The translations under genes were made by a program, and so were the position numbers. The notes beneath the pieces were generated by a model that was not told the DNA's origin, did not search any database, and saw nothing but the letters and a program-made list of their open reading frames with translations. From Acidobacteriota bacterium (GTDB lineage Bacteria; Acidobacteriota; UBA890; WLXD01), in the NCBI GenBank assembly GCA_965248695.1, contig CBDFKD010000002.1, positions 2,560,001 through 2,624,000 of the forward strand: 64,000 bases of DNA, read 5' to 3'. This document shows positions 17,006 through 27,159 of this stretch, piece by piece; the stretch's first letter is position 1, and every line of letters starts with the position of its first letter.

Positions 17006-19510
17006 TTACTCGTAGCGAAGCGCCCTCATCGGATCGATGCGCGACGCCCGCAACGCCGGGACGTAGCCGGCCACCAGCGCCACCAGTCCGAGCAGGATGA
17101 TCGACGTCACGACCACCAACGGGTCGTTGCCCTGAAGCTCGAACAGCAACGATTCGGCGGCACGACCGAGCGCCAGCGCCACCGCCAGGCCGACGCCGCA
17201 CCCGATGAGCGCCATGCGGCCGAGTTGGCGGAGAACCATGGAACGGACGCGACCACCATCGGCACCCAGCGCCATGCGGATGCCGAACTCCCGCGTGCGC
17301 TGCGCGACGGTGTAGGCAAGCACGCCATACAGGCCGACCGACGCCAGCAGCGTGGCCAGCAGCGCAAAGGCGCTCGACAGCGTGCCCAGGAAGCGGTCCA
17401 GGAAGACACTGTCGGCGGCCTGCTGCTCGAGCGTGATCATGTGCTCGACCGGCAGGTTGGGGTCGAGCCGCTCGACAACGGCGGGGATGGCCCGCAGCGT
17501 CTGCTCCGGGGAGCCCGAGGACCGAACGTAGAACGTCAGCTCGCCGATGCTCTCGTCCTGTCGATACGGGGTGAAGAACAACGGTGGCACAACCTGCTTC
17601 ACCTCGGAGTACTTGGCGTTCTGGACAACTCCGACGATCTCTAGGTCGAGCTCGGTGTCCGGGCCGCTACCTACCGCCATGCGCTTGCCGACAGCGCGCG
17701 CCCCTTCGAGTCCGAATTTCTCTACGAAGGCCTCGTTCACCAGCGCCACGCCTGGCGCTTCCAGCGCGTCATCAGCGGTGAACTCTCGACCGGCCATCAA
17801 CGGGATGCCGAGCGTGCTGAAGTAAGCGGGGCCAATGCGATTCATACGCGCGTTGTTGTCGACGTCGGGACCCCACTCGAATCCCTCGACGGATACGTCG
17901 TTGCCCCAGTTGTTGCCGCTGAGGATGGCCCCCATGGCGCCCGTCACACCGGTCACGCCCGGCATTGCCGCCAGTTCCTGTTCGACGCGCTGGAACAGGG
18001 CCTTCGACTCCTCGGGCTCGTAGCCGTTGAGCTCCGGAGAGATCCCGAAGGCGACAATGTTGTCCGCCCGTAACCCCAGGTCGACCTGGCTGACATTGAG
18101 CAAGCTCTTGATGAACAGCCCGGCAACCATGAGGAGCGCTGTGGAAAGGGCGAGTTGTGCAATGACCAGCGAGCTTCGGAAGCGCGACGCGTCGCCCGCT
18201 CCGGCGGGCTGCCCGGCATTGGATCGCAGCACCGTCGCCAGATCGGTCCGGGTGCTGTGCAACGCCGGGTACAGACCGAAGATGAGGCCAGTGCCCAGCG
18301 CCAGCACGGCGGTAAAGGCCAGCATCGCCGGGCGTAGCGTCAGCGTCAGGCTGTCGAGCCCCCCGTCGGGCACGACAGCGCCGATCGCCGCCAAGGTCCA
18401 CTGCGCTACGAGGAGGCTGGCCACGCCACCGAGCGCCGCTAGCAGGGACGACTCCAGTAGCAGCTGGCGCAGGAGCTGCCAGCGACTGGCGCCGATGGAG
18501 CCGCGGATGGCGATCTCCTGGTCGCGCTTGGCTCCTCGCGCCAGCAGCAGGTTGGCGATGTTGGCGCAGGCGATCAGCAGCACCGTTCCGGTGATGCCGA
18601 GAAGCAACATCAAGGGTGTCTGCGCCTCGTCGTGGAAGTTGCTCTGCCCTCGGTAGCCGGGCTCGAATACCAGCTCCTTGGCACGGAACTGCTCCATGGT
18701 CGCGTCGCTCATGCCTTGCTGTACATCGGCTTCCACGTCGTTGACGATGGCCGAGTAGACATTGTTGATCTCCGCCGAGGCACGCTCGATCGAGACGCCG
18801 GGCTCCAGTCGGCCGAACAGGTAAGCCCAGTAGCCTCGACGCTCTTCGAAGCCCCACCAGGTAGGGAACATCGCGTCGCGCATCGTCAACGGCAGGAACA
18901 CATCGGGCTGAGCGCCGAACGTGGTGCCGCGGAAGCCCTCCGCCGCGACGCCGACGATTGTCATCGACTTGCCGTTGACAATGATCGTCCCGTTGAGCAC
19001 GCCCGGGTCGCTTCCGAGCCGGTTGCGCCAGTAGTCGTGGCTCAGGACTGCGACGAAATGCTCGCCGATGTTCTGATCGTCGGCGGTCGTAAGGAGGCGG
19101 CCGAGCGCCGGGCGCACACCGAGCACGCCGAAGTAGGAGCCCGACACGAGCATGCCGGCTCCATGCACCGTCTCACCGTCTTGCGCCAGGTTGGCTCCGA
19201 AAGCCACGTGTGCCGCGATGCCCGAGAAGCCGCTTTCGGCCGCTTCCAGATCCTTGAACATCGGGTAGCTGAACACCTCATCACAACCACCGGCGCCGCC
19301 GCACGACTGGGATCCGGGCTTCGGACCGGGGTTGAGGAAGTTCACCAGGCCACCGGGATCCCGCACTGGCAAGGACTGCATCAGCAGCTGGTCGAAAAGC
19401 GAGAAGATCGCCGCGTTGGCGCCGATGCCGAGTGCCAGGGAGAGGATCGCCACCGCAGTGACAAACGGCGTCTTGGTTAGCGTTCGGAGGGCGACTTTAA
19501 GTGCAGTCAT
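17006..19510 (-). CDS. ADOP-type duplicated MacB/FtsX-like permease
   Basis: [28 protein letters not shown] and [13 protein letters not shown]; start at ATG 19510. Confidence 0.92.
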   Translation of the reverse strand: MTALKVALRTLTKTPFVTAVAILSLALGIGANAAIFSLFDQLLMQSLPVRDPGGLVNFLNPGPKPGSQSCGGAGGCDEVFSYPMFKDLEAAESGFSGIAAHVAFGANLAQDGETVHGAGMLVSGSYFGVLGVRPALGRLLTTADDQNIGEHFVAVLSHDYWRNRLGSDPGVLNGTIIVNGKSMTIVGVAAEGFRGTTFGAQPDVFLPLTMRDAMFPTWWGFEERRGYWAYLFGRLEPGVSIERASAEINNVYSAIVNDVEADVQQGMSDATMEQFRAKELVFEPGYRGQSNFHDEAQTPLMLLLGITGTVLLIACANIANLLLARGAKRDQEIAIRGSIGASRWQLLRQLLLESSLLAALGGVASLLVAQWTLAAIGAVVPDGGLDSLTLTLRPAMLAFTAVLALGTGLIFGLYPALHSTRTDLATVLRSNAGQPAGAGDASRFRSSLVIAQLALSTALLMVAGLFIKSLLNVSQVDLGLRADNIVAFGISPELNGYEPEESKALFQRVEQELAAMPGVTGVTGAMGAILSGNNWGNDVSVEGFEWGPDVDNNARMNRIGPAYFSTLGIPLMAGREFTADDALEAPGVALVNEAFVEKFGLEGARAVGKRMAVGSGPDTELDLEIVGVVQNAKYSEVKQVVPPLFFTPYRQDESIGELTFYVRSSGSPEQTLRAIPAVVERLDPNLPVEHMITLEQQAADSVFLDRFLGTLSSAFALLATLLASVGLYGVLAYTVAQRTREFGIRMALGADGGRVRSMVLRQLGRMALIGCGVGLAVALALGRAAESLLFELQGNDPLVVVTSIILLGLVALVAGYVPALRASRIDPMRALRYE

Positions 19511-19607
19511 CGAGAGGCTCCCAAGAGGCCGCAACCGGGTTCAGTCGGCACGGGATTCGCAACCGGGCAGGCTGCGAGCATGCAGGGCAGTTCAGGACAG
19601 TCGGTCT

Positions 19608-19638
19608 TTAGACGTTCTGAAGCCGGGGAGCGTTTGCA
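19608..19638 (-). promoter_or_regulatory. Putative ECF-sigma-dependent promoter of the ADOP/ADH/racemase operon
   Basis: Minus strand reads TGCAAAC-N17-CGTCTAA, about 100 nt upstream of ATG 19510. Confidence 0.55.
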
Positions 19639-19648
19639 TCAGCCTACC

Positions 19649-22600
19649 TCACTGCAACTCCGTGATCCCGGCGTCCTGTGGCTCGGCGTCCCACCACCAG
19701 AAAGGCGGCAGCTCCTTTTCTACCGGCCACACCTGGTTCATCGTGTCACCGTCGTACAGCTCGCCGTTCTTCATCACCCAGCGCACGGTGTTGGTGTTGT
19801 GGATGTCCGCGAGCGGGTCGGCGTCGAGCACCACCAGGTCGGCCAGCTTGCCGGCCTCGAGGCTGCCGAGATCCTGCTCCACGCCGATGATGCGGGCACC
19901 GTCGATGGTTGCCGCCTGCAGCACCTCGCGCGGCGTCATGCCGCCCATGCCCAGCGCCCACATCTCCCAGTGGTATCCGAGCCCCTGCAGCTGACCGTGG
20001 CCACCGACACCGACCAGGCCACCTGCACGCTGAATCTTGGCGGCGTCGGCGGCCGCCTCATCGAAGCTGAACTCGTCGTCGCGAATCCACCGGCCGCGAC
20101 GACGCGACATCTCGTCGAGACGGTTGTGCGGGTAGAAGCGGTTGAGCTTGGCATCGTCGTGCACCTCGGTGCGGGAGTAGAAGTACTCCTCGGCGATCGT
20201 CCCGCCGTACTGCACCAGAAGCGTCGGCGTATACGCGGTCTGCGTGCGTGCAAAGAGCTCGACGACATCCTTGAACAACGGGGTTACCGGCAGCGTGTGC
20301 TCGTTGCCGTGCATGCCGTCGATGGCGTGGGTCATGTCGAGCGCCAGATCGCGGCCACCCTCGGTGGTGGGAATAAGCCCGAGCTCCTTGGACGCCTTCA
20401 CCACCCACTGGCGCTGCTGCCGGTTGCCCACTATGTAGGACTTGATGTTGCGTGTTCGGTAGTGGCGTGCGTAGCGTCGTAAGAAGTCGAGCGTCGCCTC
20501 GTAGCTCTGGAAATCATTGGTGGAGAACACGCCGGGTCCGGTCATCAAGGCGCGCTGGCCGATGGACTGGCCGGTCTCGACGAGATCCTGGTAGGCCAGG
20601 TAGTCGTTGGTCGTCGTTTGTACGTCCAGCCCGGTGGTCACGCCGTAGGCGAGGTTGGCGATCAGGCTCCAGTTCTGCGGCTCGAGCACGTCGTGAGTGC
20701 GGAACTCCCAGTGGGCGTGCGTGTCGATCATGCCAGGGATCACGTAGCTGCCCGCGATGTCGATCTGGCGCGCGCCGTCGGGAAGCTCGACCTGGCCGCG
20801 CGGCCCCAACGCTACGATGCGATTGTCCGTCACCACGATGTCGGCGGCCTCGATGACCGAGTCGCCCTGCATGGTGATCGCGGTACCACCACGCAAGACG
20901 ATGGTGCCCCTCGGCACGGCACGCGGGAACTCCAGAACGATCTCGATCGATTCGACCTCGTCGGCGTCGTCGCGCGGACTGTGGGGCGCATCCTCACCAT
21001 CGTCGTCCTGCGCGGCGTCGGCGCTCGCATCGTCGGAGTCGCCGACGGCGTCGGCGGACTCATCAGCGGCTTCTGCGCTGCCGGCGGCACCGTCCGCGCT
21101 CGTCTCCGAGCCCTCATCCGCGGCGTCGTCATTCGCCGTCGGTGTCCAGTCAATCGTGTCGAGCGACCGCCGATAGAACGTCGAACCGATCGCCCACGTG
21201 ATCGTGTTGCCACTGTCGGCCCAGGCGAAATAGTCCGCACCGATATCGGTGATCTGCCGGACCGGCACGGTGGCGTCGCGAATCGACACCGTCGGCTCAC
21301 CGGCAATCCGAGGCACCGCGACGACCCAGAGCTGGTTGTTGACCGCCGCCAGTGCCCAGTCGCCATCGGGATGCAGCAAGACGCGGCTCGCCGGTCCGGG
21401 GCGCGGGCCACGTCCTGGACCTGTCACCTTCAAGTGCACCCGGCGATCGGTGCCGTCGTGGCGCAACGATATGAGCCCATCGGGCGAATAGACGAAGATG
21501 CGCTCCGGATCGCTGGCGAAGTGCGGGGCGCCCAGTCCTCGCGCTGGCACGATCAGCTCAACGTCACCGCCGGCGGCCGGAAGCGAAATCAGATCCAGCG
21601 GTATCCGCAGGCCGCCGAACTCGCTGAACGTCTGATGACGCGTGTATTCGTTGCCGCGCAGTCCGACAATCCGCGTACCGTCGGGTGAGTAGGCGATATC
21701 GGTGTAGAACGCCGGGTGCTCGCTGAGCTGCTCGGGCGAACCGCTGCTATCGGCGCGCATGCGCCAGATCTGCCCGCCGTCACTCATCGACCACGTCACG
21801 TAGGCGATCCACTCGCCGTCAGGCGACCAGGCGGGCTTGAATTCCCAGGCATCCCCGGTCGTCAGGCGTCGCGGCGAGCCATCGGCCGAATCCAGCACGT
21901 AGATCTTGGTGAGCACCGACATCGCGACGCGTTCCCCGTCGGGCGACTGCTGCGGGTCTTGGATGAGTCGAGCGCGCACCGGCCCCTGGTCGATCCGGTA
22001 GGGAAACTCCAGCTCCGGACCGATATCCAGCCCGACGTCAGCGGTGAACGGAATGGGAGACGGAGATCCGTCAGCGACAGCGACGCGCCACAGCTTTCCG
22101 CCGGCGGTCACGACGACCGACTCGCCGTCAGGTGTAAAGGCGTAGGTCGGGAACGTGTCACGACTCGGAGCGCCGCCGCTCTCGATCTCGTCGCGCTGCA
22201 CGGGCCAGACAAGCCATCGGTCGGCACCCGACTCGAGGTCTCGAATTCGCAGTCCGGTGCGGGTCTCGTGGCGCGTGGCGTAGACGAGCAGCTTTCCGTC
22301 TGGCGACAGCGCCGGCCGCACAGCACCGTACTCCGCTTGGGTCAACATATCGACGTCGCCGCTTCGCATGTCCATGCGTCCGATCTGCCATCCCGGGAAG
22401 TTCGCCGCGTTGCGGTTGCCGGACTGCGAGAAGTACAGGTGGCGCCCGTCCGGTGACATCACCGCGCCCAGCCGCGTCGGACCCGAAGGTCCGCCACCGG
22501 GCCCCGGCGGACCGTCGCCGCGCGCCGGCGACGGTGCCGGACCAACGGTCAACCCCGAGCCACCCCTGATGTGGTGCAGACGCAGCTCTGACCGCGCATC

Positions 22601-23092
22601 GCGGCGAGTCACCATCACGTACTGGCCGTCCGGCGTCCACGCCGGCGAGATCATCGCCGCGCGGCGCTCCGAGGAGAGCTTGCGAGGCTCGGTGCCGTCG
22701 GCGCGCGCGATCCACAAATTGTTGCTGCCGCTGCGATCGCTGATGAACGCGATCCACTCCCCGTCCGGCGACACACGCGGCTGAGCATCGAAGCCCATGC
22801 CCTCTGTAATCCGCGTCGCCGTGCCGCCGCCGATCGGCAACGTATAGAGGTCGCCGACCAGATCGAACACCAGCCGCTCGCCGTCGGGAAACACGTCGAC
22901 CGATAACCAGGTTCCCTCGTCGGTGGTGAACTCGAGCTTGCCGGCGGGCTCCAGCGGCAATCCATCGTCGCCGGCCCCGGCGCCTCGCTGCGCGCTGGCC
23001 ATCGATGCGGCGGCGAGCGTTGCAACCAGCGTCGCGACGACGGTACGAAAGCGGCGGTCAGCAGAGCGTGACGGCACACAGCGCAGCGTCAT
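19649..23092 (-). CDS. Secreted amidohydrolase-family protein with N-terminal TolB-like PD40 propellers
   Basis: Signal peptide; many SPDG repeats; PGMIDTHAH metal motif; GSLEAGKLADLVVL; acidic linker. Confidence 0.9.
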   Translation of the reverse strand: MTLRCVPSRSADRRFRTVVATLVATLAAASMASAQRGAGAGDDGLPLEPAGKLEFTTDEGTWLSVDVFPDGERLVFDLVGDLYTLPIGGGTATRITEGMGFDAQPRVSPDGEWIAFISDRSGSNNLWIARADGTEPRKLSSERRAAMISPAWTPDGQYVMVTRRDARSELRLHHIRGGSGLTVGPAPSPARGDGPPGPGGGPSGPTRLGAVMSPDGRHLYFSQSGNRNAANFPGWQIGRMDMRSGDVDMLTQAEYGAVRPALSPDGKLLVYATRHETRTGLRIRDLESGADRWLVWPVQRDEIESGGAPSRDTFPTYAFTPDGESVVVTAGGKLWRVAVADGSPSPIPFTADVGLDIGPELEFPYRIDQGPVRARLIQDPQQSPDGERVAMSVLTKIYVLDSADGSPRRLTTGDAWEFKPAWSPDGEWIAYVTWSMSDGGQIWRMRADSSGSPEQLSEHPAFYTDIAYSPDGTRIVGLRGNEYTRHQTFSEFGGLRIPLDLISLPAAGGDVELIVPARGLGAPHFASDPERIFVYSPDGLISLRHDGTDRRVHLKVTGPGRGPRPGPASRVLLHPDGDWALAAVNNQLWVVAVPRIAGEPTVSIRDATVPVRQITDIGADYFAWADSGNTITWAIGSTFYRRSLDTIDWTPTANDDAADEGSETSADGAAGSAEAADESADAVGDSDDASADAAQDDDGEDAPHSPRDDADEVESIEIVLEFPRAVPRGTIVLRGGTAITMQGDSVIEAADIVVTDNRIVALGPRGQVELPDGARQIDIAGSYVIPGMIDTHAHWEFRTHDVLEPQNWSLIANLAYGVTTGLDVQTTTNDYLAYQDLVETGQSIGQRALMTGPGVFSTNDFQSYEATLDFLRRYARHYRTRNIKSYIVGNRQQRQWVVKASKELGLIPTTEGGRDLALDMTHAIDGMHGNEHTLPVTPLFKDVVELFARTQTAYTPTLLVQYGGTIAEEYFYSRTEVHDDAKLNRFYPHNRLDEMSRRRGRWIRDDEFSFDEAAADAAKIQRAGGLVGVGGHGQLQGLGYHWEMWALGMGGMTPREVLQAATIDGARIIGVEQDLGSLEAGKLADLVVLDADPLADIHNTNTVRWVMKNGELYDGDTMNQVWPVEKELPPFWWWDAEPQDAGITELQ

Positions 23093-23133
23093 GAGAGGCC
23101 TCGGGTGTGTACGGAGGAAAGGAGGATGCGCAC

Positions 23134-25056
23134 CTACGACTTGCTTCGCGGCTGAGCCTCAGCTGGCGGGTACCCGATCCGTCCGAGGTCGGCAGCGATC
23201 TCATCCAGGATCTCCGGCTCGTCGATCGTCGCCGGCATCTTGAACTCTTCCCCGGCTGCGATCTTGCGCATCGTTCCGCGCAGGATCTTCCCGGAGCGTG
23301 TCTTGGGTAGACGGCGGACGATTGCGGCGACCTTGAACGAGGCTACCGGCCCGATCCGCGACCGGATCATTTGCACCGCCTCAGCGACGATCTCGTCTTC
23401 AGTGCGCTCGACGTTGGCTTTGAGCACGATCAGCCCCAACGGGATCTCGCCCTTGAGCGCGTCGGGCACTCCGAACACGGCGCACTCGGCGACGTCCTCG
23501 TGCGAGGACAGCACCTCCTCCATACCACCGGTCGATAGCCGATGGCCGGCCACGTTGATGATGTCGTCGGTGCGGCTCATGATCCACAGGTAGCCGTCGT
23601 CGTCCTTGAAGCCGGCGTCGGCGGTCGTGTAGTAGCCCGGAAACGCACGCAGGTAGGTGTCGACGAAGCCGTCGTCGTTGTTCCACAGCGTCGGCAGGCA
23701 ACCGGGCGGCATTGGCAACTTGATGGCAATCGTGCCCGTATCGCCGGCGGCCACCTCGATGGCGGAGTCATCGAGCACCCGTACGTCGAAACCCGGCACC
23801 GCGAGACCACAGGAGCCGGGCTTGACCGGCAGATCACCGAGGCCGGCGCAGTTGGCCCCGATCGCCCAGCTCGTCTCAGTCTGCCACCAGTGATCGACAA
23901 CCGGCACGCGGAGCTCCTGCTGGGCCCACGCGAGGGTGTCCGGATCGCAGCGTTCGCCGGCTAGAAACAGTGCCCGGAAGCTGCTGAGGTCGTAGCGCCG
24001 CATGAAATCGCCGGCGGGATCCTCGCGCTTTATGGCGCGAAACGCGGTCGGCGCCGTGAACAGGACGTTCACCTTGTGGTCAGCGATGACGCGCCAGAAT
24101 GCACCCGGGTCCGGCGTGCCGACCGGCTTACCTTCGTACAGCACCGTGGTGCATCCGTGAAACAGCGGCGCATAGACGATGTAAGAGTGGCCAACGATCC
24201 AGCCGACGTCGGAAGCGGCCCAGTACACGTCGCCCGGCTCGACGTCATAGACGTGCTTCATTGTCCATTTCAGGGCAACGAGGTGACCGCCATGATCGCG
24301 CACCACGCCCTTCGGTATGCCTGTGGTACCGGATGTGTAGAGAATGTAGAGGGGGTCGGTCGCCGCCACCGGCAGACAGCCAACCGGCGCCGCGGCATCG
24401 ATCTCGGTCACCCAGTCCACATCTCGACCGTCCACCATCGTCGCCTCCGCCTGCGGACGCTGGAGGACGACACAGGTCTGGGGCTTGAACGACGCCATCT
24501 CGATCGCCTGATCGAGCAACGGCTTGTACACGATCACCCGTTCGCCCTCGATGCCGCACGAGGCCGACACGATCACCTTGGGCTTGGCATCGTCGATACG
24601 GGTGGCAAGCTCATTGGACGCGAAGCCGCCGAACACCACCGAGTGGATCGCCCCGATTCGCGCGCAGGCGAGCATGGTGATCACCGCTTCCGGGACGGCC
24701 GGCATGTAGATGATCACCCGATCGCCCTTCTCGACCCCGCGGGCCGCCAGCACGCCGGCGAAGCGGGATACCTGGTCCTGAAGCTCGGCGTACGTCAGGC
24801 GTGTGACCGTGCCAGTGACCGGGCTATCGTGCACCAGCGCCAGCTGCTCGGCGCGGCCCGATTCCACGTGCCGATCGACGGCGTTGTAGCAGGTGTTGAC
24901 GACGCCGCCGGCGAACCACCGATAGAAAGGTGGATTCGAATCGTCGAGCACCCGATCCCACCGCCGGTACCAGTGGATGTCCTCGGCAGCGGCGGCCCAG
25001 AAGCTGTTTGGGTCATCCAGAGACTGCCTGTGAAGATCCGCCTGGTGACTCGTCAC
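23134..25056 (-). CDS. prpE: Propionyl-CoA synthetase
   Basis: LYILYTSGTTGIPKG AMP-binding motif; DHWWQTET, SRTDDIINVAGHRLSTG and LPKTRSGKILR. Confidence 0.85.
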   Translation of the reverse strand: MTSHQADLHRQSLDDPNSFWAAAAEDIHWYRRWDRVLDDSNPPFYRWFAGGVVNTCYNAVDRHVESGRAEQLALVHDSPVTGTVTRLTYAELQDQVSRFAGVLAARGVEKGDRVIIYMPAVPEAVITMLACARIGAIHSVVFGGFASNELATRIDDAKPKVIVSASCGIEGERVIVYKPLLDQAIEMASFKPQTCVVLQRPQAEATMVDGRDVDWVTEIDAAAPVGCLPVAATDPLYILYTSGTTGIPKGVVRDHGGHLVALKWTMKHVYDVEPGDVYWAASDVGWIVGHSYIVYAPLFHGCTTVLYEGKPVGTPDPGAFWRVIADHKVNVLFTAPTAFRAIKREDPAGDFMRRYDLSSFRALFLAGERCDPDTLAWAQQELRVPVVDHWWQTETSWAIGANCAGLGDLPVKPGSCGLAVPGFDVRVLDDSAIEVAAGDTGTIAIKLPMPPGCLPTLWNNDDGFVDTYLRAFPGYYTTADAGFKDDDGYLWIMSRTDDIINVAGHRLSTGGMEEVLSSHEDVAECAVFGVPDALKGEIPLGLIVLKANVERTEDEIVAEAVQMIRSRIGPVASFKVAAIVRRLPKTRSGKILRGTMRKIAAGEEFKMPATIDEPEILDEIAADLGRIGYPPAEAQPRSKS

Positions 25057-25062
25057 TGAGTC

Positions 25063-27030
25063 CTACTCGACGTGGAAGACGGTGCGGGTTTCGCGATCAA
25101 ACTGACTGCCGGAATCCGGCCAGAAGACGAAGAACTCAAGCGAGTACCGACCCCTCTCGGCCGCGGAGAAAGTGTAGCTGCCGCTGAAAGTGCTGTCGGA
25201 ACCGAGGTCGTCGCGGATCTCGATGTCGTCGGCCTTTCGTAGCAACGCCGGACCCTCGGCCCGCGCCGCAAGCCTGTCGGTACCGGCAGGATCGTGCTTG
25301 CGCAAGCGTATGAGCATCCGATTGAAGTCGCTGCGATCCGTGGCGATCACTCGTCCAGAGAAGTTGATCGCCTTGCCGGCTTTGATCTTGGTCGGGACCC
25401 TGGCGGCGAACTCGACCGCGCGCCAGTCATCGCGCTGGTAGTCCGGATACGCGACCTTGAGCCTTCCCTTGGCTTTCGGGCCTCCCTTCGGGTCGACCAC
25501 ATTGACGAGCTTGATCTTCCGCTCCGATGTCTGGAACAGCGAACCGAAGCCGCGGAAGGTCATCGTACCGTTGTCCTTCTTGGCATAGGTATGGCGCTGC
25601 GCCACCCAGGTCCAGTAATCGAACTCCGCCTGGCTCATGACCTCCTCGCGCGACACGACTACCACGGCGCGCTTGAGCTTCTTGGGCGCCTTGGGGCCGG
25701 TGCGCTCGCCGAGCGCCTCGGTGATGTCGTCGATGCTGACCTGCACGGTGCCACCTTCTACCGCGGTGCTGACATCGGGAGAGGTCGCTGAGTCAGGATC
25801 GAACTGACCCTGTTCCTTGAAGACCGTGAGCGTCGGGACCTTCGACCGGGATAGTAATCCCATGGAGTACTTCACCCACGGGTGATACACGAACGGCGGT
25901 TCGGTGAATCCGATCGTGAAGGCGCGAGCCGACCTCGGGAGGCGGGCAGTACCCGTAACTTCGCGGTCGGCTTGCAGCACGGAGCCGATCAGGGTGTCGC
26001 CGCCGGTGGCGAGCGGCAGATGGGCGCTAGGCTGGTGGCCGGCGCGGTCGATGCCAGCGATCGCGTCCCAGTCGAAGTGGTGCCCCCACTGGTGCGTGAG
26101 CTCGTGAATCCATGTCGAAGCCCTTCCGAACCGCACGCCACGGAAGAACTCGACACCGAGCAGCGTCTTCGGGTTGCCGTACTCGTCGTTTCGGTCTCTG
26201 ATCGTCGTTCCTATGCCGGTGATCGTCTGCTTCGTTCGTCGATGGAAGGCGCTGAACTCCGACGACAGGTTCGTCCATCGCGGGATCATCGCGATGACGT
26301 GGGCGGTGTCCTTGAAGCTGTCGTAGAACGCCTGCGCCAGCTCGCGGTCCTGGATCGAAAAGCCGTCCTGCGCTCGATCGTTTCCGAATCCGGGCAGAAC
26401 GATGTTGATCACATCGCTGCTGTAGGAAACCTGTGAGTCGAGCCGCTTGACGCTGACCTTCTTCATGCTCGTCGGCGCAACGCGGAGATTGATGTTGAAC
26501 CGTGTCACCACGGAGCCCGATCGCCCTCGTAGATCGGGCTCGAGCGCTCCGATGAACAGGTCGGGTTGGTCGAACCCGGTACGCTTGCCGGCGAAGAAGA
26601 GATCGATCTCCTCGGCCGCGAACGTCCGTGCGAAGAGGCTGACCTTGACGCCGTCGAGCGTATCGGTGCCGGTGCGAATCCAGGTCTCGTCGGGATGGCT
26701 CTGGTTCGCGTCGGAGATCGACGGATCGAAGTTGATCTTCGACACGTTCCCCACGACCGTCACGTCCCGGAGGGTCACCTCGCCCCGATAATCGTAGTTG
26801 ATGACCGGCGGGTCCTGGAAGAAGAAGAGCGGTGTTCCGTCGGCTTCATCGCGCAGCGAGTCGCCTTCGCGTAGCTCGTCGAGGCCGGTGCCACACAGCA
26901 GGCGCTCGTCGTCTGCGAGCTCGAGCCTCAGCTCCCGTTCCAGGCGGCCAACGTCAATCGACTGAGAAGCGGCGGTGGCCGCCAGCGATAGCGTGCCGAG
27001 CACGACGGCCGAAACCAGTGCGCGGGTCAT
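25063..27030 (-). CDS. Secreted hypothetical protein with a zincin HExxH motif
   Basis: Signal peptide from ATG 27030; WIHELTHQWGH motif; beta-rich C-terminal domain. Confidence 0.65.
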   Translation of the reverse strand: MTRALVSAVVLGTLSLAATAASQSIDVGRLERELRLELADDERLLCGTGLDELREGDSLRDEADGTPLFFFQDPPVINYDYRGEVTLRDVTVVGNVSKINFDPSISDANQSHPDETWIRTGTDTLDGVKVSLFARTFAAEEIDLFFAGKRTGFDQPDLFIGALEPDLRGRSGSVVTRFNINLRVAPTSMKKVSVKRLDSQVSYSSDVINIVLPGFGNDRAQDGFSIQDRELAQAFYDSFKDTAHVIAMIPRWTNLSSEFSAFHRRTKQTITGIGTTIRDRNDEYGNPKTLLGVEFFRGVRFGRASTWIHELTHQWGHHFDWDAIAGIDRAGHQPSAHLPLATGGDTLIGSVLQADREVTGTARLPRSARAFTIGFTEPPFVYHPWVKYSMGLLSRSKVPTLTVFKEQGQFDPDSATSPDVSTAVEGGTVQVSIDDITEALGERTGPKAPKKLKRAVVVVSREEVMSQAEFDYWTWVAQRHTYAKKDNGTMTFRGFGSLFQTSERKIKLVNVVDPKGGPKAKGRLKVAYPDYQRDDWRAVEFAARVPTKIKAGKAINFSGRVIATDRSDFNRMLIRLRKHDPAGTDRLAARAEGPALLRKADDIEIRDDLGSDSTFSGSYTFSAAERGRYSLEFFVFWPDSGSQFDRETRTVFHVE

Positions 27031-27159
27031 CAAAGTCCTCGGTGCACCAAGGGTACTCTGAGCAATCTGTCGGAAAGCTGCGAGAGCATAGCATCGCATC
27101 AGGGGCCCGATCAGAGACCTGGCCAAGAACGTCGCCGGCTAGTGGCAACCGGCGTTGGC

